Shown piece by piece: positions 1 through 10,216 of a DNA stretch of 64,000 bases; position 1 is the first letter of the stretch; every line of letters begins with the position of its first letter. Both the position numbers and the translations under genes were made by a program. Where the stretch lies: the IMG/VR virus record IMGVR_UViG_3300042258_000071, positions 160,001-224,000 of that record; one strand, given 5' to 3'. This DNA comes from a virus (taxonomy: Duplodnaviria; Caudoviricetes). The notes below the pieces were generated by a model. The model ran no database searches and was not told the DNA's origin. It worked only from the letters and a program-made list of their open reading frames with translations.

Positions 1-2
1 GG

Positions 3-146
3 GTGTATGTTCTCAAAGAAGGGCCGGTGCCTGAAGAACTCGTTGTTGCTCACCCTGATAAAAATTTCAATTTCCACATAAGTCAACAGGTTGACGATCC
101 GGCGGATGATGTGTGCATTGGGGTTTGGAAATTTCCTCGTTCTTAA
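3..146 (+). CDS. 3' end of a hypothetical protein (truncated by window edge)
   Basis: Open frame VYVLKEGPVP...VWKFPRS ends TAA at 144-146 and is followed by the hairpin at 178-205. Confidence 0.6.
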   Translation: MYVLKEGPVPEELVVAHPDKNFNFHISQQVDDPADDVCIGVWKFPRS

Positions 147-177
147 CAAAATCTTGAATACACTATAGAACCTTCTG

Positions 178-205
178 ATAGAGAGAGGGGGACCCCTCTC
201 TCTAT
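178..205. terminator. Hairpin ATAGAGAGAGGGG-GA-CCCCTCTCTCTAT
   Basis: 13-bp perfect inverted repeat just after a stop codon. Confidence 0.7.
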
Positions 206-333
206 TCACCCCTAAAACTTTCTAATAGAGAAGTGAACCTTAGAATGTCCGATAAAACAGTACTTGATGAATTTAAACGTGTATATTTTCATCGGAGTCT
301 ATATAGACCTTAGCATTAAAAAGTAGGTGAATA

Positions 334-876
334 ATGGATAAAGTTACAGTCTGGACTGGTCTCCTATTTAACAACAAGGAGATCACCCATGAAGGATATA
401 AACGAATTCCGATCCAACTCTCTAAATATGGCTTTGTTAATAATATTATCAAGCTTGAATCTCAACCTGAGACCACTGTACATTTTGTAAATCGACTTAA
501 TGACACATGGGTAGTTGATAGACTTGGAATATATGGTTCTCAAGATAATCATGAACTTATTACTAATCTTAAATTATTCCTGCATGACAAGCCAGGCCTT
601 ATTCAACCTGGAGATACAATTACGGTACGCATAATACTGTCACCTCCTCCACTCATCGGAGGCTATATATCTGAGGGTGTCCCAAATAGGAACCTAATTC
701 TTAAAGAAATTCAGGATGTCCCAAATAAGAATTCTCACCTTTACACTGAAAATTTTCCCTCAAACCTCATAAATATCATGGAGTTGGATGACTCTAACCT
801 TAGATTTAAAACAACTGCCGAGGTGAAGTCTGATAATATATTCAAGGAACTCCTTGGAGTTCATGGACACTCCTAA
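334..876 (+). CDS. Hypothetical protein, weakly similar to small tail-fibre-associated proteins
   Basis: SD AGGTG; EITHEGYKRIP...LGIYG...PGDTITV resembles the EV.GGGYAR...GIFD...GDT pattern. Confidence 0.5.
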   Translation: MDKVTVWTGLLFNNKEITHEGYKRIPIQLSKYGFVNNIIKLESQPETTVHFVNRLNDTWVVDRLGIYGSQDNHELITNLKLFLHDKPGLIQPGDTITVRIILSPPPLIGGYISEGVPNRNLILKEIQDVPNKNSHLYTENFPSNLINIMELDDSNLRFKTTAEVKSDNIFKELLGVHGHS

Positions 877-890
877 TTAAGTGGAAATGT

Positions 891-926
891 GAGAAGGGAC
901 TCTGGTCCCTTCTCTTTCTTTTTTTT
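891..926 (+). terminator. Rho-independent terminator
   Basis: GAGAAGGGAC-tctg-GTCCCTTCTC followed by a T-tract. Confidence 0.85.
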
Positions 927-950
927 ATATTCTAATCTAAAATTAAGATA

Positions 951-966
951 TATATTACTATGGTGA
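951..966 (+). promoter_or_regulatory. phiKZ-type early promoter TATATTAC-N5-TGA
   Basis: Exact TATATTAC just after a terminator and upstream of the HD gene. Confidence 0.8.
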
Positions 967-991
967 ATGTTCATGTGAAAGGATTCTGAAC

Positions 992-2017
992 GTGATTAAC
1001 ATTAGTGATCAAAGGCTCTCCGTTTCTCTAGATCAACATATTTCAAATATTTGCGATGCAATCTCAGAATACCTTCCAGCTTCTACTTCTGTTGACATTT
1101 TTGAAAACAGAAATCCTTCAAGTGACGCGGTTAGCAGCGCTATCCTAAGTATTACTGTTCGGGGTAGTGACCCATTTGGAATTAGGACAGATATCAGAAG
1201 ATCACCTGACGATATCACACGTGTTTCAACTCCGATGCACTTAGATGGCATCAGGTATGCAAATGATTATCGATCTAAGAATGATAAATTTTACACAAGA
1301 ACCATCGCTACAGCTATTCGTGACATTGTAAGTGACATTGCAGTATATCCATGGTTTAAACTGAAAGATATTCATCCAGATCTCATTAACTATTGTTATA
1401 CCAAAGTTATGACCGAAAATGATGTTGCGCATCGATGGAAGCACCTTCTCGATGTCATGGCATTTGGGTGTGAAATAGCTGAAGGTCTTTCACTTGAAAA
1501 AGAACCATTTATCTATGCAGCTCTCATTCATGATCTCTTCAGTGAGTCAGATCGTGAGAATCATCATGAAAAAGGAGCTGAATGGGCAGCGCGATATTTA
1601 GACAGATTTCTACCTGATGAACTTGATAGTTCGTTTGATAGGGAATCGTTCATATACCTTGTATCTGGAATGTGTCGAACGCATCGTGCCTCCTATACAG
1701 GTGTGTATGAGAATGTGTACGAGGAAGCATTTTCATGCGCAGATCGTGGGAAATTAGATGTTGACGGTATCTATGAGACTATTTTACGTGGATATAATTT
1801 CTACCGACACAATAATCCAATTTTACATGAAAGTGAAATTGTTGAAAAACTTACTCACCATTTTCATGAAAAATATGGAACCAAGGGATATGCAAAATAT
1901 CCAGATCCTTATCATCAGTTATTTCCAGAAGAGCTTAAAGCCTTCAGGGAATTCGCAGACAATGTTGACCCTTCAGTATTGGAAGACATCCTGGTGCATA
2001 AAAAAGTTAACATCTGA
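992..2017 (+). CDS. HD-domain metal-dependent phosphohydrolase
   Basis: AHRWKH...AALIHD...NHHEKGA...H...CADR motifs. Confidence 0.85.
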   Translation: MINISDQRLSVSLDQHISNICDAISEYLPASTSVDIFENRNPSSDAVSSAILSITVRGSDPFGIRTDIRRSPDDITRVSTPMHLDGIRYANDYRSKNDKFYTRTIATAIRDIVSDIAVYPWFKLKDIHPDLINYCYTKVMTENDVAHRWKHLLDVMAFGCEIAEGLSLEKEPFIYAALIHDLFSESDRENHHEKGAEWAARYLDRFLPDELDSSFDRESFIYLVSGMCRTHRASYTGVYENVYEEAFSCADRGKLDVDGIYETILRGYNFYRHNNPILHESEIVEKLTHHFHEKYGTKGYAKYPDPYHQLFPEELKAFREFADNVDPSVLEDILVHKKVNI

Positions 2018-2134
2018 TCCTCTAACCTTAGCATGTAAGAGGTTATGAGAATTATCTCTATTAACTCCGGGATAGAGGACATGCACTTAAAACCAGAAAC
2101 CAAAGAAGATGTTGTTCGTGTAATTTAATTATGA

Positions 2135-2482
2135 ATGGAGAATATTCAAATGCCTGCTAATTATGTTCTTACATTTCCTCTAAATGAAATCCTTAGTCAA
2201 GTGTTTCCCGAAAAGATCCTTGGTGATGGGGAGTTTAAGTATGAGATCAAAGGGTACCCTCCTAAATACATCCTAATCCGAGGGTCTCATAAAGGAATCA
2301 CCACAGTTGGTCGGTTTACGATAGATGAGAATGGAGGATTACATCCTCTTGAAAAAACACGCCATATAACTCAAGAAATGAGACATACCGTTATACGTCT
2401 CGTTGAATCTGGTGCGTCCAAACAAGATATTCGTGACCTATTCAGTGTCACGTACCCTGAAATCTGTCGAATGCTGAAATAA
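2135..2482 (+). CDS. Hypothetical protein with C-terminal HTH-like segment (start may be 2150)
   Basis: VIRLVESGASKQDIRDLFSVTYPEICRML; GGAG before ATG 2150. Confidence 0.6.
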   Translation: MENIQMPANYVLTFPLNEILSQVFPEKILGDGEFKYEIKGYPPKYILIRGSHKGITTVGRFTIDENGGLHPLEKTRHITQEMRHTVIRLVESGASKQDIRDLFSVTYPEICRMLK

Positions 2483-2516
2483 TACAAACCAGAATAGAAG
2501 TGGAGAGAATACCATC

Positions 2517-3209
2517 ATGTCAGACTTTAAACTAACACCTGTTTATGAAGCATGTATCGCGTTTGCTGGTCACCCAAATGTGGCCAATAAACTTTATTCA
2601 GAAGAAATTCTACATACCGCAATTAACAGTTTTAGAGATGAAAATACATCTACCCTAATCCCCCTCTATGATCATCGCAATGATAATAACGAACCAATTG
2701 GTCATATCAAGATTCTAAAACTACGTTTAAATGGTTATGGTGCGGTATTACTCCATTTCAGAGCTGGAGATGAAAACACATCACAGTTACTTGAGAAAGC
2801 TGATGGTGAAGAATATATCACCTACACCTCTCAACATATGGCAATACCAAAATCTCAAGATGTCGATGTTGTAACGCATCTAAGTATAGGTAGTCTAGGA
2901 CTTTCATCTCAACCTGAGTGGGATAACATTCTACCTCTATATACCCATAATCGTTTAGATACTGAATACTACGATTTCGAGACCAATCCTTATCGTTATG
3001 CAAAATATTCTGAATTAAAAATTGGCGACCTGGTTGTCCTTGATAATCAAATGTATACTAGTATCTCTGGCCCATGGATTATCGTAGAACATCTTTCCAA
3101 GTCTTTGGTTATGGAAGTTGCCGGATATCAGAATTCTTCTACAGAAGATATCTATGCACCTACAAAGGCGTCTGAATACGGTATCTGTGAAGGTATTTGG
3201 AAACTCTGA
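2517..3209 (+). CDS. Hypothetical protein, degenerate prohead-protease-like N-terminal fold
   Basis: PNVANKLYSEEILHTAI...LYDH...IGHI pattern; SD GGAG. Confidence 0.5.
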   Translation: MSDFKLTPVYEACIAFAGHPNVANKLYSEEILHTAINSFRDENTSTLIPLYDHRNDNNEPIGHIKILKLRLNGYGAVLLHFRAGDENTSQLLEKADGEEYITYTSQHMAIPKSQDVDVVTHLSIGSLGLSSQPEWDNILPLYTHNRLDTEYYDFETNPYRYAKYSELKIGDLVVLDNQMYTSISGPWIIVEHLSKSLVMEVAGYQNSSTEDIYAPTKASEYGICEGIWKL

Positions 3210-3283
3210 ACATAAAAGGAACAACTGATGGTTGACCAACCCATTCTAAAGATCGAGATTAGTTCTAATCGAGGTAATAATGT

Positions 3284-3886
3284 ATGAAAATTTTATTCCT
3301 AGATTTTGATGGACCTATCATTCCTGGTAGGTCCTTCTTTCACTCTTCTGCTCCCTCTATTATGGCCATGGATAAATATACTGTTGGATTATTAACCAAG
3401 CTATGTATCCTAACTGCTACTAAAATTGTTGTAAGTTCTCAGAAACGTATCAGTCCACCTAGATTCATGAAGTTTTGTAATGATCATGATTTTCCTGTAG
3501 CACTTCTCCATGATGACTGGCGTGTACCCATCTTACCTTCCGGGAATCGTTCAGAGGAAATACATCAATGGTTAAACTGTCATCCTGAAGTTACAACATA
3601 TGTAGCTTTGGATGACGAAGTTCTTGACAATGACATTATAAACGTAAGAGTCCACTTTACGTGGGGACTTACAATTGAAAACTTATGCTGTCTCTACTAT
3701 GCTCTTGGTGATGTTGAAACTTCAGATGCTATTCAAAACATATGTCTGGACAAAGTTAAACACTTAGAAAAATACCCTGACCCTTTATATGGAAATTTTG
3801 TGACCGCAGGGTATGAACATATTCAGACATGGAAGAAAATGTATCAGGATCAAATGGAGAGACTTAAATGTTTAAAAAGCTCTTAA
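3284..3886 (+). CDS. HAD-superfamily phosphatase (RNA-repair-associated type)
   Basis: ILFLDFDG motif I, IVVSS, R.EEI..WL, YVALDD. Confidence 0.85.
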   Translation: MKILFLDFDGPIIPGRSFFHSSAPSIMAMDKYTVGLLTKLCILTATKIVVSSQKRISPPRFMKFCNDHDFPVALLHDDWRVPILPSGNRSEEIHQWLNCHPEVTTYVALDDEVLDNDIINVRVHFTWGLTIENLCCLYYALGDVETSDAIQNICLDKVKHLEKYPDPLYGNFVTAGYEHIQTWKKMYQDQMERLKCLKSS

Positions 3887-5055
3887 GATCCATATTCCTT
3901 AGTGAACAAAAGGATAAGACTGCCCCTTTAGAACCCCCAGATCGACAGTGAAGTGATTTCCATGAAGAGACCATACAACCTAAAAATACAGAAGTTGAAA
4001 TATCCAGGAATTCGATTCCTGTTGATATGAATAAACTTAAAGAAGAATATCTGAAAAATGCACCCATCTTGACACTTAAACAGTTTCGATCTTCTTTTGA
4101 GAAAACATCATTTGAAGATATGAGGATTTCGGATATCAACTTTGAAGTTAAGTCTAGCAAGTGTGACAGTATTCCAGTAGATCTATTCTTAACAGATGAC
4201 CTCACATCTAAAGACCTCAAGACTATCACAAAGACATTTAAAGACACCCCCTCCCTACCTATCACATACTCTGTTACATTCTCTTTAGATAACAAAGTGA
4301 CTCGACGTCAATTTATTGAGAAATGCCATGAGATACAATCTAATGTACGTAATAGTTTACCAACCCCTGAAAATATGTTCCCTTATATTGGAGAACTTTC
4401 AGATTTAAGGTAATCCTCTCTTATCTGTCACTGTAACGTACGATTCGGAATGAGTGTTTATCCAATCGTTCGAACTGCTGATTCTAATAATCGTAATTTT
4501 AAATATACTCTAAATTTCTGTGTGAATTATCACTATTGTACTCTGGCAAAGCTCACATATCTGATATGTGTAGATAATTCTCAATCACTGTCTAACCTGA
4601 GAGACTTGTATCGTTTGGAATTGGATTTGGATACCCTTGAAGAAATGACCCTTAATGAGGAACTCTCATATCTATTACCTGAACAATACCCATTACCCTT
4701 GTCAGATACTTTATATCTTGGATATGAAACTCAGTCATTAAAGAATCTTATTACGCAGCGTGGGTACGTTCTAAAATTAGAATCTAAAGACACACACCTT
4801 CCAATTAAAGGCGAGCCTGTACCAATATATACATATAGTTTCATCATACCGCATTGTGAGACCGCACTAGAACCTTCTCCCCTGAAACGTACCATCTTAG
4901 AAGCAATATCTCTCATAGAGAAGTATCGCAAAGACGATCCCATCTGGTTCTCCAACAATGGTGAGGATACTTGGACCTTTTGGTTGTCAGTTATTTCTAG
5001 AACTTCAATCATTAGGTTTACGGATAAGATCTATTATAGTACTTCTGAAAATTAA
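3868..5055 (+). pseudogene. Single-frame gene interrupted by TGA 3949 and TAA 4411 (contains ORFs 4027-4413 and 4450-5055)
   Basis: GGAG SD before ATG 3868; 3868, 4027 and 4450 share one frame with only two internal stops. Confidence 0.5.
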
Positions 5056-5075
5056 ATGTGTCTAGAAGAATACCT

Positions 5076-5118
5076 ATAAGAGGAGTTGGGTGTTGTACCC
5101 CACTCCTCTTATTTTTTT
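5076..5118 (+). terminator. Rho-independent terminator
   Basis: ATAAGAGGAGT...ACTCCTCTTAT stem plus T-tract. Confidence 0.8.
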
Positions 5119-5191
5119 AAGGTTAGACACTCTTAAGTACGGCAATACGTTCTTCAAAATCATCGATGATGCCCGATTAAACACTATATAG

Positions 5192-5216
5192 AGAGGGCCT
5201 ACATTGTAGGCCCTCT
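5192..5216. terminator. Hairpin AGAGGGCCTACA-t-TGTAGGCCCTCT
   Basis: 12-bp perfect inverted repeat. Confidence 0.6.
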
Positions 5217-5299
5217 ATCCCTATTTCCATGTGTTATTTTCAGAATGATTGGTTAGCGTCAAAAGTGTTCATTTGGCGTTGATCAAGTATTTTTACACA

Positions 5300-5315
5300 T
5301 ATATTACAATCATGA
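5300..5315 (+). promoter_or_regulatory. Early promoter TATATTAC-N5-TGA
   Basis: TATATTACaatcaTGA. Confidence 0.8.
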
Positions 5316-5365
5316 TAAACATGCGAAACGGTTTCGCAGTCACTCTCATTTTAAAGGAAGTTATC

Positions 5366-5575
5366 ATGTCATATTTTAAAACAATCGCAATCATCGCACT
5401 CCTCGCTATAACAGCAGCGTGCTCAACAAATCCACATGGATTTAAAAGCAACCTGAGGTTGTCAGCGCTTGGGAATATCCTGAGCATCTCGGATAAGGAC
5501 TATCCGACATTGTCCATGGACGACTACACCGTCGAAACCACGGACGATGGGAAGATCTTCATCGCCGGCAATTGA
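5366..5575 (+). CDS. Small lipoprotein
   Basis: SD AAGGA; MSYFKTIAIIALLAITAA-C signal peptide II with lipobox. Confidence 0.75.
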   Translation: MSYFKTIAIIALLAITAACSTNPHGFKSNLRLSALGNILSISDKDYPTLSMDDYTVETTDDGKIFIAGN

Positions 5576-5598
5576 CCATGACTAACATAAACAATCCC

Positions 5599-5638
5599 TA
5601 GATGGGGCGATGTAATCGCCCCATCTAATCTATTTTTA
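5599..5638 (+). terminator. Terminator hairpin
   Basis: TAGATGGGGCGAT-gta-ATCGCCCCATCTA followed by T-rich tail. Confidence 0.8.
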
Positions 5639-5736
5639 TGAAGTTTATGATCATCTTCAATTTGAATATTTCTTAAAGTGAATGTGCGTATATCTTCTCT
5701 CTCCATTCAAATAAACAATATAGTAGGAAGTGTACT

Positions 5737-6468
5737 ATGAAAAAGCGAAATAAAATGTTCTCACGGGAGAACATGTTTGGTCTCTCTATAGAGAGATATA
5801 ATAAACCAGATACCTGCTGGATCACGGCAAGTATTCATGGTAAAAGCGTTTTGTCACACGTGCGACGTCCGACGACGACCATCACCTTCGATGAGTATAT
5901 TAAGAACCAACACGATTGGGGATTCTTAAGACTCTATGAGATTATGGTTGCATCCGGAATTGTGAAGGAAGAAGCATTTTCACTATCGTTATATATGGTG
6001 ATGTATGCATGGCATTTTCTATTGGATAACAATCTTCAAAATGAAGACAAGAAATTATTCAATTTCTTGTCACGGATCAAGAAGGACGATATTCGTATCG
6101 TATGTTCATCGTCTCAGAGCCAAGATAAACATACGATCAAATCTCGATTTACAACCCGAGATTTTGACATCCCGAATATTACAGTCAATAAAAACTTCAA
6201 CGAGAAGTGTCTGGTTGAAGCAACTGATATGATGAAATATGGTTCTTCAGCCATTGTTCATCACAAATCACATTCTCAGAACGCATTCTTATGTTCGATG
6301 TACGAGACGATGTCGTACATCTTCAATAAAGGGACTCTGTCGACTATGGACAATGCAGCCCCACCTGAAATGCATGATGGTCTGTTTGATCGAATTTCCA
6401 ATCAGATCGTCTTTGCGGCGTGGGCTGTCGCATGGGGAAACTATCCTTTGTCGGATAAGGAATCATGA
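5737..6468 (+). CDS. Hypothetical protein
   Basis: 243-aa ORF, SD AGGA, ATGA overlap with next gene. Confidence 0.8.
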   Translation: MKKRNKMFSRENMFGLSIERYNKPDTCWITASIHGKSVLSHVRRPTTTITFDEYIKNQHDWGFLRLYEIMVASGIVKEEAFSLSLYMVMYAWHFLLDNNLQNEDKKLFNFLSRIKKDDIRIVCSSSQSQDKHTIKSRFTTRDFDIPNITVNKNFNEKCLVEATDMMKYGSSAIVHHKSHSQNAFLCSMYETMSYIFNKGTLSTMDNAAPPEMHDGLFDRISNQIVFAAWAVAWGNYPLSDKES

Positions 6469-6731
6469 ACATGGAATGTCCAATTTGTAACAAAGATGCT
6501 CCTCCGAAAGTATTCACAATTGTCGATCATGAGACCGGTGTCCGTTTTCAAATGGACGTTGATTTGAGTCCCGGAACGCCGAGCATCCACATACACACCC
6601 TAGGTGATGGCGATCCTGGCGTCATGGATGTGGGCATGTCAAACGTATCGATGATGATCTATATGTTATCTCAGTTCCCACCCTATTCTAATTTGGAGTG
6701 GAAAATTAAATCAAAGAAAGATAGCGCATAA
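6465..6731 (+). CDS. Hypothetical protein with N-terminal CxxC
   Basis: SD AAGGA, translational coupling, CPIC. Confidence 0.7.
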   Translation: MNMECPICNKDAPPKVFTIVDHETGVRFQMDVDLSPGTPSIHIHTLGDGDPGVMDVGMSNVSMMIYMLSQFPPYSNLEWKIKSKKDSA

Positions 6732-6748
6732 ACAAACAGCTTCATAAT

Positions 6749-6796
6749 AAGGGGGTGGGGCACTTGCCCCACCCCCTTGTCTCTCTTTTATTTTTT
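6749..6796 (+). terminator. Terminator hairpin
   Basis: AAGGGGGTGGGGCA-ct-TGCCCCACCCCCTT plus T-rich tail. Confidence 0.8.
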
Positions 6797-6839
6797 GGTA
6801 AATTTGACTTATAATTTGAAGACTTTGGAGTGTCTAAAA

Positions 6840-7367
6840 ATGACTTCATGTAAGGTAAAATTAAAAGATCTTCAACTTATCGCAGGAGAGAGATTTAATC
6901 CTTCTCTTAGAGGCTATCACAAATTGGCAGCATCTTCAAATCGTAAGTCTCGTGGGTATCTTCAATTTGAATCTATTAGAAATCAACATCATTTTTGTAT
7001 TAAGCCAGGTGAGTTCCCCATTGCTGAAATATCATTAATACAGAGTGACTTTAAAAGAACTGAAACATTCTTTGTTGATATCACCACTGGTAAGGTGGAA
7101 GACTTTACGTCTCAGAGTGGAATCAGAATTCATACTGAGATTGAATCAGACTATGCTTGTCGTGTAAGTGTGACGCATCGTATGTTAACTCATTTTGTTC
7201 ACATATCCCCTTCTTATGGGAATGGTAGATATAATCAAAAAATTCACCATGGAATATATATTCGCATTCCTGAGATTTTTTACGACGAGATATTTGAATC
7301 CGAATATCGAAAAACCACAGCTCTGAGTCATATTGCGAAGGTAACACAGGGACAGTTTCTATTTTAA
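6840..7367 (+). CDS. Hypothetical protein (may continue into 7369 frame via T4 run at 7362-7365)
   Basis: SD GGAG before ATG 6840. Confidence 0.7.
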   Translation: MTSCKVKLKDLQLIAGERFNPSLRGYHKLAASSNRKSRGYLQFESIRNQHHFCIKPGEFPIAEISLIQSDFKRTETFFVDITTGKVEDFTSQSGIRIHTEIESDYACRVSVTHRMLTHFVHISPSYGNGRYNQKIHHGIYIRIPEIFYDEIFESEYRKTTALSHIAKVTQGQFLF

Positions 7368-7493
7368 TTTGGCGGTCAATTGGCATGCAGATGCTGATAA
7401 TTTGAAAGAAGAAGAGTCAATTGAGTTCGTAAATATACATTGTCCGGACCCGTATAATTCACTGACGCAATTTACCCAATACACCGTAAAGAT

Positions 7494-7521
7494 AGAGAGG
7501 GGAGCGTTGGCTCCCCTCTCT
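7494..7521. terminator. Hairpin between convergent genes
   Basis: AGAGAGGGGAGC-gttg-GCTCCCCTCTCT. Confidence 0.75.
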
Positions 7522-7536
7522 CTTAATTTTTTACTT

Positions 7537-8646
7537 TTAAGCAGGACTTTCTAGGGCTTCAATGCGAGATGTTAAATCGTCAATGATAGCTTGAAGTCCT
7601 GTTATAGTCGAAACCGCTTGAGCACCTGTATGGGTCGTACGATCACGAAGGTTCGCATCCGTATCATTCACAGTGGCACCGGCGGAGATGCCTGCTAGCT
7701 TAGTCTGTTCAAGTGTCGTATAATTTTCATCTGATAATACTTTAGTACCATCAACATCAACCTTCCCTGCGAGAGCACTTGTTGTTGCAGCATCATCTGC
7801 TTTCGCATCTAACTCAGTCTGTAGACCAGTGATGGTTGAAATGGTCTGAACACCCGTGTGCGTGGTACGGTCTCGAAGGGCGACGTCAGTAGCATTAGCA
7901 GTAGCAGCATCTGCAATACCCGCAAGTTTAGTTTTTTCAAGAGAAGTGTAATTCTCATCTGAAAGAACTTTAGTTCCATCAACATCAACCTTGCTCCCTA
8001 GTGTGGTTGCTAAGTTGGTTATGGTGGAAATATCTTGAACCCCTGTGTGGGTTGTTCGGTCTCGGAGAGCTGCATCCGTAGCATTGGCGGTTGCACTCGT
8101 TGCTATACCTGCCAATTTGGTTTGTTCGGCCACTGTAAAGTTTACGTCAGAAAGGACCTTGGTGCCATCAACATCAACTTTACTATCAAGGGATGTTTGA
8201 AGACCTGTTACTGTAGAGATAGTCTGTGTACCAGTGTGTGTAGCGCGATCGCGCAGTTCCGCATCTGTAGCATTTAAGGTTGCTAAAGCTGCAATCCCTG
8301 ACAGTTTTGTTTTTTCAAGAGTTGTATAGTTTTCATCCGAGAGAACCTTAGTTCCGTCGATGTCGACTTTACTATTTAACTCCGTTTGTAGATTTACAAC
8401 TGTTGAAATAGCTTGAGTACCCGTATGCGTTGCACGATCCCGGAGGGCTGCATCTGAAGAATTAGCAGTAGCTGCGGCTTCAATTGCATCGAGCTTGTCT
8501 TTAAGTTCTTGAGAAAAGGGCACCCATCCCTCAGGGATTTCACCATCCAGGCTAACAACAGCAGTGCGAAGCTCATTAATGTGCGTCAGCATCTCCTTAA
8601 AAAGATGCTCCCATTTAGATACGCTATAGGGCTGGGTCAAAGACAT
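7537..8646 (-). CDS. Fibre-like virion protein with 63-aa tandem repeats (phage-tail-repeat-like)
   Basis: Five RDRxTHTG motifs; repeat unit DAALRDRATHTGTQAIST...KVDIDGTKVLSDENYT...NAT; C-terminal coiled coil; SD AGGAG. Confidence 0.8.
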   Translation of the reverse strand: MSLTQPYSVSKWEHLFKEMLTHINELRTAVVSLDGEIPEGWVPFSQELKDKLDAIEAAATANSSDAALRDRATHTGTQAISTVVNLQTELNSKVDIDGTKVLSDENYTTLEKTKLSGIAALATLNATDAELRDRATHTGTQTISTVTGLQTSLDSKVDVDGTKVLSDVNFTVAEQTKLAGIATSATANATDAALRDRTTHTGVQDISTITNLATTLGSKVDVDGTKVLSDENYTSLEKTKLAGIADAATANATDVALRDRTTHTGVQTISTITGLQTELDAKADDAATTSALAGKVDVDGTKVLSDENYTTLEQTKLAGISAGATVNDTDANLRDRTTHTGAQAVSTITGLQAIIDDLTSRIEALESPA

Positions 8647-8753
8647 GTCTTAACTCCTAATTTTTAAATAAATAACCATGGCCATAGAGATGACATCAAA
8701 CGGCATTATTTGATATCATAAAATTGGGCACATATTCAAAAGGACTACAGGCA

Positions 8754-8769
8754 TATATTACGACGATGA
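8754..8769 (+). promoter_or_regulatory. Early promoter TATATTAC-N5-TGA
   Basis: TATATTACgacgaTGA. Confidence 0.8.
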
Positions 8770-8801
8770 AGAGTAGTTATGTGTTTATAGGAGATTTCTT
8801 A

Positions 8802-9323
8802 ATGCCCAAAACTTCTTGCCATGGCAATATTCAATTCTGTATGATGACCCATTCTCCGGAAAATGCGACCGTTGAAATAGACCCCCCGTCCGAACTATCG
8901 CTGTTTGATTACACGTCAGATGGTGTTTTTAAAGAAATACCTTTTTCAGAAGTAACCTATATTGATACTGGAAAATATCTTACACCAGAACAATGTATGA
9001 TTATTCAAGATGAAACATTTCAAGTCTTAGCGTTTCGCATTGTTAAAGATGTAGAACGTCAGCCCGTTATCTTTGTAAATGTACATCCTAAAGATAAGAT
9101 CTATACATCTTCAGTCATTGTACACTTAGTTGATAACAAATATTTAGTACTGATGATGGGTGTAAGAAATTTGGATATCGAAAATTTCAAAGTATATCTT
9201 AGATCTTTCATGATACAGTTCCTTGATATTCAGATTGGGAAATCTGAATTAGTTTCAGATGGAATTGTTAAAATGCAATCGTTTCTTAGGAACATCTCAC
9301 GTAAAGAATTTGCAGTTAATTAA
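8802..9323 (+). CDS. Hypothetical protein
   Basis: SD AGGAG before ATG 8802, downstream of promoter. Confidence 0.75.
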   Translation: MPKTSCHGNIQFCMMTHSPENATVEIDPPSELSLFDYTSDGVFKEIPFSEVTYIDTGKYLTPEQCMIIQDETFQVLAFRIVKDVERQPVIFVNVHPKDKIYTSSVIVHLVDNKYLVLMMGVRNLDIENFKVYLRSFMIQFLDIQIGKSELVSDGIVKMQSFLRNISRKEFAVN

Positions 9324-9357
9324 CCCCCCCCCAGAACCATGAAGGGACTAGGCGACT

Positions 9358-10053
9358 ATGTCTAATGATGAAATGTTTACAGAATCCCATATGACAATCC
9401 ATAGTGGGTTTGCTAATGGGGAGTCTTTCTCACATGAAGCTTTCAAATTTCTAAAAGTAGACGTTGAGAAAGACTTTCAACTTAATGATCGCGGATTGAA
9501 ATCCGATAATGTGGATATGATTCGCGATATCATTAATGAGGAACACGAAGTCCATGATGAAAACTGTAAAGGACGGGTATCGCACCTGCAAAGTGTCCAT
9601 GATAATGAGCAGGCTGTTCATATCACGGTAAGATCATGCCGAACATCTATCGGGGTAGGAGTCTCAACTGACAGATATTCAAGTGGGAGTGAAAAGGGTC
9701 ATGAAGCCATGTGTTACATGATTCTTCTATCCGGTCCCATTGATGGTTATGTCTCAGGTAGAAGTTATGTTCGAGAGAACTACTATAACGAGACGTACAC
9801 TATTCTTGAGACTTCAGGTGCCCTTTTCCTTTCAAGACTCGCATCTCATTTCACTTCTATGGTGATTGAGCGTCACAACGATGTTAAACATAAATATACT
9901 GACATCTTTTCTAATGTCCTTCAGGGGTTTAACCCTGAAGTCTTACAGCCCTTAATTTATACTGCACTTGTCGACTCAATGTCACGCTGGGAAACTATAG
10001 ATCTTCGAGATGATGATCGTAAATTTCTAGATAAATTTAAGAAACCAGAATAA
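9358..10053 (+). CDS. Hypothetical protein
   Basis: 231-aa ORF. Confidence 0.8.
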   Translation: MSNDEMFTESHMTIHSGFANGESFSHEAFKFLKVDVEKDFQLNDRGLKSDNVDMIRDIINEEHEVHDENCKGRVSHLQSVHDNEQAVHITVRSCRTSIGVGVSTDRYSSGSEKGHEAMCYMILLSGPIDGYVSGRSYVRENYYNETYTILETSGALFLSRLASHFTSMVIERHNDVKHKYTDIFSNVLQGFNPEVLQPLIYTALVDSMSRWETIDLRDDDRKFLDKFKKPE

Positions 10054-10120
10054 TAAAACTTACAACCATCTAACAATATAAGAAGTTGACATAGCTTGCG
10101 TATGCAATGGTTATATATTG

Positions 10121-10171
10121 TACACAATAGTGGGGCGTGAAATTTCACACCCCACTTCTATTTTAACAAAA
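10121..10171 (+). repeat. Hairpin-containing direct repeat, copy 1
   Basis: 46/51 identical to 14375-14425. Confidence 0.9.
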
Positions 10172-10216
10172 GTATCTTATTCATTCACCATGTGAATAGA
10201 GAAAGGGTTCTCTAAG

